64,000 nt of DNA from an uncultured Candidatus Saccharibacteria bacterium (GTDB taxonomy: Bacteria; Patescibacteriota; Minisyncoccia; Phycocordibacterales; UBA9973). A model generated the notes under the pieces. That model was not told where the DNA came from, did not search any database, and saw only the letters and a program-made list of their open reading frames with translations. Every line of letters begins with the position of its first letter. Positions within the stretch are counted from its first letter, which is position 1. Below, piece by piece: positions 48,301 to 59,200 of the stretch. The stretch lies in NCBI GenBank assembly GCA_964482735.1, contig CAYZYV010000002.1, positions 22,061 to 86,060 on the forward strand, given 5' to 3'. The position numbers and the translations under genes are program-made.

Positions 48301-50262
48301 TTGTGTTACGATAGATACATGTATATCGTAACAGTAATTCCAATTAAAAAAGGAGTCCGGGGGGAATACCTATCTTATTTTTCCTCTTTTAATCTGGCTC
48401 CTGGAACTATGGTTACCATACCACTCAGGTCTAAACAAGAATCAGCCATCGTAGTTAATTCAGAAGAAGCTTTAAGTTTAAAAAGTGAAATAAAAAATAA
48501 TGAATATCAATTAAAAAAAATAATTAGTTCAAAAGGTTCAACACCTTTTAATAAGAATTTTTTTACTGCTTGCCAAATAGCTAAGAAGTATTTTGTTAGC
48601 AATACAGGAGTTGTTATAAAATCTCTTTTGCCATCAATCTTAATAGAAAAAATAGATAATCTTAAAAAAAATAATCAAATTGAAATAGTACACAATCCTG
48701 ATACACCGAATGAAAAATTTATTTTTCAAGCAAACGAGCAAAATCGTCTAGCTTTTTATAGAACTCTTATTAGGGAATCTTTTGCAAAAAAAGAATCCAT
48801 ATACATTTGTGTCCCAACTAAATATGACATTAATTTATTTTACAACGAACTTTCAAAAGGAATTGAATCTTTTACCTTCCTCTTCCACCTAGAACTTGGT
48901 GGCAAAAAGGTTGTAGAAAATTACAACGAAGCTATTACCAAAGATCACCCCATACTAATGATCGGTACAGGAATGTTTTTTTCAATACCTCGAAACGATA
49001 TTAAAACCATCATCATTGAAAAAGAAAGCTCAGAAGCTTACAAACAATTATCTCGGCCATACCTAGATATCAGGAGTTTTGCTGAAATTTTTTCTTATAT
49101 TAATCACAATAAATTAATTTTAGGAGATACACTCTTAAGACCAGAGACTATCGAAAGATACAATAATGGTGATTTTTATGAAATCTCAGCCCCATCTTAC
49201 AGATTGTTTAAAACTGACAGTTTAGAGATCGTAGATATGACCCAAAAAGAAGAGTCTGTTAAAGACTTTCAAGTAATTTCTAAAGAGGTTTTGTCCTTAA
49301 TAGAAAAAACTATAAAACAAAAAGAATCAGTTTTTCTTTTTACATTAAGGAAAGGACTGGCCCCTATGACTGTTTGTAATGATTGTAAAAAGGTGTTACT
49401 TTGCCCATCTTGTACAACACCTATTGTGTTGTACGGACCCAAACAAAATCAAGAAAATAAAAATGATAGAAGTAGAATTTTTATGTGCAATAAATGTGGT
49501 CGTAAAGAACGAACAGAAATAAATTGCCCGAATTGTCATAGTTGGAATCTTGTTCCTCTTGGTATTGGTATAGACAAAGTGACAGATGAAATAAAAAGTA
49601 TTTTCCCTAGCGTTAAAATTTTCCAAATAGACAAAGAAAATGTAAAAACAAACAATGACGCTAGAAAAATAATTGAGGATTTTAATAAAAGTCCAGGTTC
49701 TATTCTAATTGGAACAGAAATGGCATTTTATTTTATAGAAAATAAAGTTAGCTCAAGTGCCATCATTACTTTTGATGGATTATTTTCTATACCTAGTTTT
49801 AATATTGGTCAAAAAATAATACATTTAGTAGAAAAAATGGTTAGTACAACTTCTGGTAATGTTGTAATTCAAACAAGAATTCCCGAAAATAAAATTTTAT
49901 CTTCCATTGTTAGCGGGAATATGTCTTCTTATCTAAGAGAAGATATTAACGAAAGAAAAATATTTGGTTATCCACCATTTAAAAGACTTATAAAAATAAC
50001 TTTTGAGGGTTCACCTAGAGATACGGAAAAAGCCAGGGACTTTATAGAAAGAACACTGTCTGCTTACGAGCCTCAAGTCTTCAGTGCTTTTGTAAGTAAG
50101 ATTAAAGGTAGTTATATTACTAATACGGTATTAAAAGTTGATACAATCAAGTGGCCTTTACTCGAGAGAGGATCTAAAAAAATAGATGATAATTTACATC
50201 AAAATTTATATAATTTACCTCCTTCATTTTCAGTCAACGTAGACCCAGAAGATTTATTATAG
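48301..50262 (+). CDS. priA: Primosomal protein N' (PriA) homolog with degenerate helicase ATPase motifs
   Basis: N-terminal 3'-DNA-binding domain. The Cys-rich zinc region is CNDCKKVLLCPSC...CNKCG...CPNCH. The Walker A position reads QANEQNRLAFY instead of GxGKTEVY. The Walker B position reads IIIEKESSEAYKQ instead of VIDEEHDSSYKQ. Confidence 0.75.
   Translation: MCYDRYMYIVTVIPIKKGVRGEYLSYFSSFNLAPGTMVTIPLRSKQESAIVVNSEEALSLKSEIKNNEYQLKKIISSKGSTPFNKNFFTACQIAKKYFVSNTGVVIKSLLPSILIEKIDNLKKNNQIEIVHNPDTPNEKFIFQANEQNRLAFYRTLIRESFAKKESIYICVPTKYDINLFYNELSKGIESFTFLFHLELGGKKVVENYNEAITKDHPILMIGTGMFFSIPRNDIKTIIIEKESSEAYKQLSRPYLDIRSFAEIFSYINHNKLILGDTLLRPETIERYNNGDFYEISAPSYRLFKTDSLEIVDMTQKEESVKDFQVISKEVLSLIEKTIKQKESVFLFTLRKGLAPMTVCNDCKKVLLCPSCTTPIVLYGPKQNQENKNDRSRIFMCNKCGRKERTEINCPNCHSWNLVPLGIGIDKVTDEIKSIFPSVKIFQIDKENVKTNNDARKIIEDFNKSPGSILIGTEMAFYFIENKVSSSAIITFDGLFSIPSFNIGQKIIHLVEKMVSTTSGNVVIQTRIPENKILSSIVSGNMSSYLREDINERKIFGYPPFKRLIKITFEGSPRDTEKARDFIERTLSAYEPQVFSAFVSKIKGSYITNTVLKVDTIKWPLLERGSKKIDDNLHQNLYNLPPSFSVNVDPEDLL
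48304..48333. promoter_or_regulatory. ~30-bp near-perfect palindrome in mreB/priA divergent region (candidate operator)
   Basis: tgttacgatagatacatgtatatcgtaaca has 9-bp outer arms and an inner palindrome atacatgtat. It overlaps the first codons of the priA ORF. Confidence 0.25.
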
Positions 50263-51474
50263 TTATCTTTTTGTGAAAGCCTCTTTAGGAGATAATCCTG
50301 CAGCCCTGTGTGCTGGCCACCACCCCGATACAAGACCTATTAAAACAGAGAAAATTAAAATTAAGCCTATAAACCACCAGGGTGCCATAAAAAGCTTGAT
50401 TGAATCTCCCCCGAATTGTTTTGAAAATATAGTGATGAGTAAATTTAGTAATTTTCCACCACCAACCCCTATTATAATACCCCCTATTCCACCCATTAAC
50501 CCCATAATAGAAGATTCAACTAAAAATAAATTTCTAACATCATAATCTGTTGCTCCTATGGATTTTAAAATTCCAACCTCATATATACGCTCAAGAAAAC
50601 CGACAAGCATGGTGTTAAACATCCCTATAGCAGAAACAATCAACGCTGTTATACCAAATACTCCTAAAATAATTGTAACAATGTTAGTAAATTTTCTAGC
50701 TTGAGTAACTAAATCTATACGGGCAGAAACAAAAAATCCATCTTTTTGTAACTTATCTCTTAGAGGTTCCAACACCTCAGTGCTTTTTGCTCTCACCAAG
50801 GCCTTAGTGTAAAAAGGTGGCTCTTCGGTTAAAGAAGAAGAAAACAATACAGCTGTGGGGACCAAAGAATCATCTTCAATGATTCCAGATATCTTTAGCG
50901 GTGTTTTTGTCTTGGACTCAGTGTAGGTATTAGCTATATTGTCTTGATAAAAAACAGTAAAAGATACTTCTTTATTTAAAGACGAAGCATCCGCAGGTAA
51001 GTTCATAGGGGCCAGTGTCTGACTAGTAACAACTATTCCAGGTTCTTTCTCTGATGGAATTTTACCTATGGAAGGAACAGAACCGGACAATCGATAGTAA
51101 GATGGCTCTACGATGGAATTATCTATAAGTATACTTGACTCATCAGACAAAAACATTTCTCCAGAAAAATCTGCAACAGGACTCACTTCAGCTACCTCTT
51201 CGTAGTTTTTAATATTTTCTAAATTAGCTTTTTTGATAAAAAGGTTACTTTCAGAAGGATAAGAAATTTCCATAGTAACCAATGAATCTTCTGTAGTCAT
51301 CAACTTTCCTATCAATATATACTGCAAACCATAACCAAGTGACACTAGTAGTAAAACTGTAGCAATACCAACAGACATACCTAATATAGTTAAAAGAGCT
51401 CTTTGTGGTTTATTCCTAAAAGTACGAAAAGATAAAGAAAATAGTTCACTAAATTTTAATTTTTTATTTTGCAT
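50263..51474 (-). CDS. ABC transporter permease, FtsX/MacB family
   Basis: N-terminal TM, large extracytoplasmic domain, and three C-terminal TMs. 403 aa. Confidence 0.8.
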   Translation of the reverse strand: MQNKKLKFSELFSLSFRTFRNKPQRALLTILGMSVGIATVLLLVSLGYGLQYILIGKLMTTEDSLVTMEISYPSESNLFIKKANLENIKNYEEVAEVSPVADFSGEMFLSDESSILIDNSIVEPSYYRLSGSVPSIGKIPSEKEPGIVVTSQTLAPMNLPADASSLNKEVSFTVFYQDNIANTYTESKTKTPLKISGIIEDDSLVPTAVLFSSSLTEEPPFYTKALVRAKSTEVLEPLRDKLQKDGFFVSARIDLVTQARKFTNIVTIILGVFGITALIVSAIGMFNTMLVGFLERIYEVGILKSIGATDYDVRNLFLVESSIMGLMGGIGGIIIGVGGGKLLNLLITIFSKQFGGDSIKLFMAPWWFIGLILIFSVLIGLVSGWWPAHRAAGLSPKEAFTKR

Positions 51475-52816
51475 TTTTTATTTCATCATCACAAATATTT
51501 TTATCACAGACCTCTTCTTCACAATTCAAAATCAACTCAAGTTTTTCTCCTATAGTAGAAGCAGCTCTAAAAGACAGACCGACTCCAAACTTACTATTAG
51601 ATAAATCCAAGACCTCCACTACTTTTTCGGGTGTAATATTTTCTCTTAAACGATCCGAAACTACTTGATCTATTGCTTTAACTTGAATATCTTTTAAAGT
51701 ACCAGTATACCCTTCTATAAGCCAGTTTCTTATTTCTTCGACTTCTTTATTTATAGGTAATTCTGGTCCTCTTTCTAGTATATCATAAACACAAGCCACA
51801 TTTTTACGCATTTTAATAACTTCTTCTATATAATTAGCAACCTTTTCAGATTTTTTCTTCCATAATCCCAGCCCTCCGTCTTTAAAAGGTTTGTTCAATT
51901 TATCTTTTAAGTTGTTTTTATTAATTTTCTCATCAAAACGCTCATTAACAAGATCTTCAAATCGAGATATTTCTTCTATGGAATAACCACGTAGTAAAAA
52001 GTTAGCCAGTATTCGAGCTGAAATTTTTTCATGACCCAAAACTTGTCTTTCTTTTACAGAGGAAACATCATTTATTTGATCATATAATCTCTTTGATATA
52101 GCATCAACAACGTTGCCTTTACTTACTTTCTCTACTTCCAAAACACTCCCATCTTTTATATGAAAAATTGTTTTGGCATCTTTAAGACTCCAAGCTTCGT
52201 GGGTTACCATAATTACTGTTCTGCCATCTTTTTCATTCAATTCCTTTAAAAATTCTAGTACTATTTTAGCGTTCACAGAGTCAAGGTTACCAAGAGGTTC
52301 GTCTGCAATAATAATTGGTGGATTATTAGCCAGTGCTCTCGCTATACCAACTCTTTGTTGCTGTCCCCCAGATAATTCATAAGGATATCTTGAAGCAAAA
52401 CTAGCAAGGTTTAACCTCTCTAAAAGGTTCTTCGCTTCTTCTTCGGCTCTTTCTGAACTTACCCCGACAAAAAGCATTGGCAATGCTACGTTTTTAAGCA
52501 CAGTAAGAGAAGGAATAAGGTTAAATTGTTGAAAAACAATTCCTATACCTGTTTGTCTAAAAATAGCCAACTCTTGATTTGTGAGTTCTGAAATATCTCT
52601 TCCTTGTATGTAAACATGTCCATCTTGGAATCTATCTATCCCAGAAATAGAATAAAGCATGGAAGTCTTTCCACATCCTGAAGGTCCAAAAAAGGCTACG
52701 TAATCTCCTCTCTCTATTTCTAAATTTATGTCTTTTAGGGCGTGAACTTGATTAGGTTTTCCTTTTTCGTACCAAAGATTAAGATTTTCAATTTTAATTA
52801 TTGAATCCATAAACAT
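51464..52816 (-). CDS. ABC transporter ATP-binding protein (MacB/LolD-type NBD) with ~220-aa C-terminal extension of unknown function
   Basis: Walker A GPSGCGKTS. Signature LSGGQQQRV. Walker B IIIADEP. H-loop. Residues ~230-450 carry no recognisable motif. Confidence 0.85.
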   Translation of the reverse strand: MFMDSIIKIENLNLWYEKGKPNQVHALKDINLEIERGDYVAFFGPSGCGKTSMLYSISGIDRFQDGHVYIQGRDISELTNQELAIFRQTGIGIVFQQFNLIPSLTVLKNVALPMLFVGVSSERAEEEAKNLLERLNLASFASRYPYELSGGQQQRVGIARALANNPPIIIADEPLGNLDSVNAKIVLEFLKELNEKDGRTVIMVTHEAWSLKDAKTIFHIKDGSVLEVEKVSKGNVVDAISKRLYDQINDVSSVKERQVLGHEKISARILANFLLRGYSIEEISRFEDLVNERFDEKINKNNLKDKLNKPFKDGGLGLWKKKSEKVANYIEEVIKMRKNVACVYDILERGPELPINKEVEEIRNWLIEGYTGTLKDIQVKAIDQVVSDRLRENITPEKVVEVLDLSNSKFGVGLSFRAASTIGEKLELILNCEEEVCDKNICDDEIKNAK

Positions 52817-53234
52817 TGTCTGTATAAGTAATTAATTCCTTGGGTAAAAGATTGCCCTTTATCAAAAATCCATCAATTCCTAAATCTTCAAATTTCTTCT
52901 GAATTTTTTTATCTTTTTGGCTAGAGTAAATTATTATTTTAAGATCAGAATACACTTTATTTTTTTTGATTTCAGAAATAAAATCGTATGATCTTCGAAT
53001 CTGACTTTCTATATCGTTTTTATCCCCATTTTTAGAAATTAAAATGTCTAAAAATACAACAGAAGGTCTTGTTTTCTCGTCTTCTATCAATATAGAAGCT
53101 TCTTCTAAGCTAGAGGCTAAGGATACATCGTAAATATCACCTCTTCCGTGAATCCAAAAGATATCTCTAAAGTATATTCTTGTTAATTCGTCATCATCGA
53201 TTAATAGCACTCGGTTCTTTTTGTTTTTATCCAT
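52794..53234 (-). CDS. Stand-alone response-regulator receiver (CheY-like) domain protein
   Basis: Acidic pocket LIDDDE. Phospho-acceptor Asp in VVFLDILIS. Conserved S (IIYSSQ) and K (FLIKG). 146 aa with no output domain. Confidence 0.7.
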   Translation of the reverse strand: MDKNKKNRVLLIDDDELTRIYFRDIFWIHGRGDIYDVSLASSLEEASILIEDEKTRPSVVFLDILISKNGDKNDIESQIRRSYDFISEIKKNKVYSDLKIIIYSSQKDKKIQKKFEDLGIDGFLIKGNLLPKELITYTDNVYGFNN

Positions 53235-53244
53235 AGACTATTGG

Positions 53245-56200
53245 TTACTTTACATTGTTTATAAAATTAAATGTCTCATCAAAATTCTTAAATATAACAT
53301 CTACGATTGATTCTGTCTTCTTCGGAGTAATAATTGTTCTTATTGGTAATTTTGAAGTATTTCCGACGTCATCAGTAGAAGAAACTGTAAATCTGTAAAC
53401 TGCGCCTGGTTTTAAGGCTCCTAGAATTACTACGTGATTTCTTGTTAATTCTAGATCTTCTTGTTTATTGCTAAGCTCTCCTGAAGTACTACCGGAACCT
53501 TCTTCGTAATAAACTATAGACGTAGAAGGTTCATCTGTTTGCCAGGATATTATCGTCTGGACTCTATCGGTTCTTCCTTGAACAAGAGCACTATCAACTT
53601 TAAGATTTGTAACTGATGGGGGTAAGCTATCTGTAGAAGTTTTAACATTTAGTTCCGATCCACTTTCTACGGTATTCCCTTTATTGTTAATACCAGAAAC
53701 TTTTACTACATACGAGGTGCCCGGAGAAAGATTTTCGATCTTTATGGAGTGTGATGTATTTTTTTCTTCATCTACAATTTTTGAGGTTCTACCAGTCTTA
53801 GTATTCTTATATTCAATGATAGAAGTGGTTGGTTCATCTGTGGCCCACACGACCGCAAATGAATCTTTCTTTACATCTATTATTGAAGCTTGAATCTTGG
53901 AAGCTGAAGTAGTAAATATTAAGTCGTCCGATTTTCCTATTACTCCAGGTAGAGAATAAGCTTTTGCTGAATAATGATACTTTGTGTTAGATTTTAATCC
54001 TATTAATTTAATAGAGTGACTGGTGGATTTTTCCAATGTATTAGAGGATTCTCCGTTGTATGGGTTTTCTTTACTTGAATCGTATTTTTCATCTTCTATG
54101 TAGCTAACAACCGGGAATGATTTAACATTTGTTCTGTATTTAATAGTGGCACCACTCTCTGTAATATCAACAACTTCAGGTTTATCTATAAAAGGAGGAA
54201 CTAATGAAGGTAATATAGATTCAATTGTGGTCTCGATCTCTTTCTGGAATTGTTCTACGTTATCTATCTTTTTGAGTTCTGATAAGTCTTCGCTTAGATA
54301 TTTTGTTGTAAACTCTTTGTTTTCCGAATTACCTGTATCATTTGATTTATCCATGGCACTAATCTTGAAATTATAAAGAGTACCAAGACTTAAACCGTTG
54401 AGTTTGATTATATGCCGTTGAGACCAATTATCATCAGCACTCATTAGTCCGTAATTATCTTCTTTTCCGTACTTAATGAAAGCAATAGTATCTTCATTGG
54501 TGTTAAAAGAAATGGAAGCTCCAAAAGCAGTTATGTCAGAAATTTCTATATTGGATATTTCAGGAGCGATAGAATCCAAAGTGCTAAACTTCGCTTTGTA
54601 TGCTTGGTTTTCAGCTAGTAATAAATCATAAAGTTCCTGAGCAACTCCTGTTATTCCACCACCTCCTTTTGAAATAATCACTTTTTCTTTTGCTGTGGTC
54701 TCAAAAGAATACTCATCGGAAGTTGTTTCGTTACCGTTTTCATCGGTGGATTTAATTACATAATAATACTGCGTACTTTCTTCTAGCTCACTAATTGTTG
54801 CTAGGTGATTTGTAACTAGAGTATAAATAAGCTCTGTTTGATTGGTATAATCTCCAGAATTTTTTCCGTACAAAACACGACCATCTGCAGGTTCGTTAGT
54901 TGTCCAAGTTACAGCTACTTGTGAATTAGTTCTTATAGGGGTAGATATATCAGATATAATAGGAGCTGTTTCATCGTCGTTAGTACTGAATGTATAATAA
55001 CTGCCACCATTAGCACTTTCTCCCGTATTACCTAATTCATCAGAACTCATAACTAAAAAGTAGTAGATTTCATTAGGAACTAACCCCGTCAAAGAAACTG
55101 AGTGTTCGGTAGATAAAACTTCATCAGTTACAGTAGAAGGAGACGTCATATCTGGATTGATAGAATAACTAACTACAGAATTAGATGGAATATTTGTCGT
55201 CCATGTAATAGTAGCTCCTGTATCTGTTTCTCCTAGCGAGGCTACACTTGTTATTATAGGTCCTGGTGTAGTAGTAAACTGAGATCTAGAAATAGTTGTT
55301 TCTCCTGCCAAATTTGTAGATGTAGTCCTAAAGTAATAAGTAGTTTCTGGGGTTAAATTATCTATATAAATATTGTGATTTAAGACTTTATCCAACGATT
55401 GTTTTGATACACTGTAAACACCTTCTTCACCTTCTCTAATCGTTCCGTATTCTATCAAACTATCTGTATAATCAGCAGTGGTCCAGACTATTCTAGCACT
55501 CGTTGATTTTACACTTGCTCCATTAATATCACTAACAAGAATTTCATTGTCTAAGATAGAAAAGGCATGAATAATATCAGATCCTAATACTGCGTTTATA
55601 GGATTCGACAAAGTTATTAATACGTTTTCTGTTTCTTCGGAAAGCTCGTCATCAAAAATCACCACTGGAATGTTTACATTAGTTGATCCGGCAGAAATAA
55701 TTCCTTCATATCCTTCTATCAAATAATCAATACCATTGCCATCTGCAGACCCTCCTGTTACAGTGTAGTTAAATTTTATATCTTCAGGATATGGAGAAGA
55801 AATATTAACTAAAATATTTGCCGTATTTACATCTTCTTTTGCTTGACTTGTAAGACTAGCGAAAGATAAAGTTGGGTAAGTATCATTATCTATAATAGTA
55901 TAAGTATAAGTGGTGTTTGAATTCAAATTAGCTCCTGTTGCACCTGTTAATTTTACAATAACAGTTTCATCGTTTTCTTTTTTAGTATCGTCAATTATTA
56001 TTAAATCTATATTAGCTTCATCTTCACCTTTTAGTATTGTGATATTTCCAGAGGCAAGAGAAAAGTCTGATTCACTCGTAGCACTTCCACTTACTTCATA
56101 AGAAATGATAACATCTACCTCTGAAACTTCTGACAAAGTTATTGGTATTTTTACAGAAGTTATATTTTCTGTATTAGACACTGTAGATAAACTAAAACCA

Positions 56201-59200
56201 ACATTTGGATTAGAATCATTATCTTCTACTGTTAAAGTAAATATATTATTTTGACCAATTTGGGCATTTATTGGATTTTTTAAAGTCACCAAAATAGTCT
56301 CAGAATTTTCTTTTACGATATCATCTATTATAGGAATATTTAATGTAGTAGTTGTTGTCCCTGATGGTATGGTTATACTGCCGTTTATCATTGAGTGATC
56401 TAATCCATAAGAAGCCGAGCCTGAAATTGAATAATCTATACTTGCATCAAAAACATAAGGTCTGTCTAAAATAATATTGACTGGAAAATTATTACCATTT
56501 TCACTGGTAGCTATACCGGAAACCTCAAATGATACAGAAGGAGCGGTTAAGTCTAAAGTTTGCAATAAACCATCTTCAGAATAATCATTTTGAGTAGATA
56601 AAGGACTAAAATTAGGCTCACTGTTATCATGCGCAACCACTCTAATCCCTAAATTATCATAATTACCACCCATTAATCCTGTTTCATTAAATGTATTCCA
56701 CAAGATAGACATGTTTTCTCCATCCTCTAGGTAGTAATCACTGTAATCAAAACTATTAGGTGTGGTATTATCAGCCATAACCCAAACAGGAGTACCTGCA
56801 AAAAAGTCAGTATTCTGACGAGTCTCTCTTCCTTCAGAAACCAAATTAGGCCAAGTGCCAAGAACTAAACCACCAATAGTATTATTGTTTCTATTGTTAT
56901 ATTTTATGACTTCATTATTTATTAAAACATAACCACTATCTTTTAAGCCAGAGGAATTAGATAATTTTAAAGAAGTTCCATCGTAAGGATTATCACTCAA
57001 GGTTAATCCATTGTAATAAAACAAATACTCTTCAAAAGAAGGGTTATCTTTTTCATAGACGGTAGAATCTGTTATCTTGTATGTAACTACAACATTTCTT
57101 TCGTTGTTTTGAGCAACAATAACATTATTTATTATTGCAGATTGGTTAAGAACCCCACCACCCCCTTCTCCATAATTTTGTAAACCATCAGCCTTTACTA
57201 TTAAATCATTTCCTTGCCGAACAGAGATATTCCCATAAATATCAACCACTGAAATCAAAAACTTATGTATAAAAGATGGGGTGAGGTTTTTATACAGATA
57301 AAAATCTGTATTAACATCTGAAAGAACTCCGTCTTCCACTTCTCCTTCCTTATAAAAATTGGTTCCATCTGGTGAAATAAATTTCTCTATCTTGAAATGA
57401 GAAAAGTTTTGATATGACATTTTTAACCACCCTAGATACATAGCATAGTAATGGGTTTCCACATTAGAAACATCTTGTACTACAAAAGATTTTTCATAAA
57501 TAGGATCTGGCGATTCAAGGGTTACAATATTATTTGCATCTTCATTATTAAATAAATCTCTAAATCTTACTCCGGCTATCTTAGAATTAATTTGACTATC
57601 AAAAGACCATGGTACAGAAACTTCATCGCCAACCATTTCCACCCACCCTGTATCCATCATTTCTCCATTAGCATTAGATCTAAAATCTACAACTCGATAT
57701 TCTATATAACCAGAACTTTCTATAGGCCTTTTTATTTTAATTAATGCACTATTTTCTACTCCAACAATTCCAGCATCTAATGTTGCTGATAATTTTTCGT
57801 TCTCAAAATAAGGAATCTTGGTGTCTATGGATATCCCTTCACTTGAAGCACTTGATAAATTGTGAATGTTTTCTCCATCATCCACAGTAACTCTAATGAA
57901 GAGATCATCTCCTGATATTGACGAATCGTGTCCTCGAACAATATTTTTTACATCCAAAACAGCTTCGTGTGTAGTATAAGAAGATTCGTTTACTTCTTTA
58001 AGAGAAATATCTCCCTGTCTCAAAATAGGACTACTAGAAAAAACCAAAACAGAGGCATCTGCCCAATCAGAAGATTCTCCTACTTTATATTCTATTTTAG
58101 GAAGAACCTGGCCTGGGTAATTTACACCATGACTAGTATCCACATCTTTTACTTCATAAGTAAGTAAGACTTTTCCAAGATCTGCACTGTTCCTGTCTTG
58201 TATTTGATATGCTAGTACGTTTTTAATCTCAGGAGGTTTGTTCATCTCATAATCTATGCCTACCGATTGAACAACAGGCGTTGAATATCCTTCTGGATTA
58301 ATTTCTAATTTATATTGGAAATATCGATCATCACTACCAGAATTTAGAGGGTGGAGAGAATTCATTACTACACCCTTATTTTCTATTTTAAAATAATCTG
58401 TCTCTTCTCCTGTGCCAGAAAAACCATACCATGAAGACCAATTAGCTTTATCTGAGGATGTTCTAACCTTAATCAAAATTTTAGAAGTCTCTGATTCACC
58501 TGAAGCACTCCAGGACACTTTACTTAATCCAGATTCAGAATCTTCAGTATCAAAAATTGATGATATAAGATATCCATTAACGTATTCACTATAATTAAAA
58601 GTTATAGAATCGAAGGTGGGAGTAACTTCTGAATTGTTAGTAGATAAATTAACTCTATACTGAACGTATCTTTTATTACCCAAAGCTAAAAGGCTTCCAC
58701 CATCCAAAATAGTATTATTCCAATTTGTCCAACTACCATCTACTGTATTTGTATTTCCAGCTCTAACATCCACTGTTATATTTTGACCATTAAGAGTAGT
58801 TGAGTAATTAACTGAATTTAAAATGACTTGTTTTCCAAAATCCACAACAGGAGAAGTGTAAGAACCTTCTGTGTTATATGTATTAGTACCAGCCGACATA
58901 TTAGAATAAGAAACTGAGGCCTTTTTAACTAAAACAGGATAAGCCTTGTTTTCTCTTGTAGTATCACCAAGTTGTCCATAATCATTTCTTCCCCAAGCGT
59001 AAACTGTTCCATCGTTGTTTATGGCATAAACGGTATGCATATCAGACGTCAAAGATTTTATACTTCCTAAATACCCAGAATTATTTTCACCAACCACTTT
59101 AACTGGAACATTTCTATTTGTGGTGGTACCATCCCCTAATTGTCTATTGCTATTATTACCCCAAGAATATACCGTACCATCAGTTTTAAGTGCATAAGCA

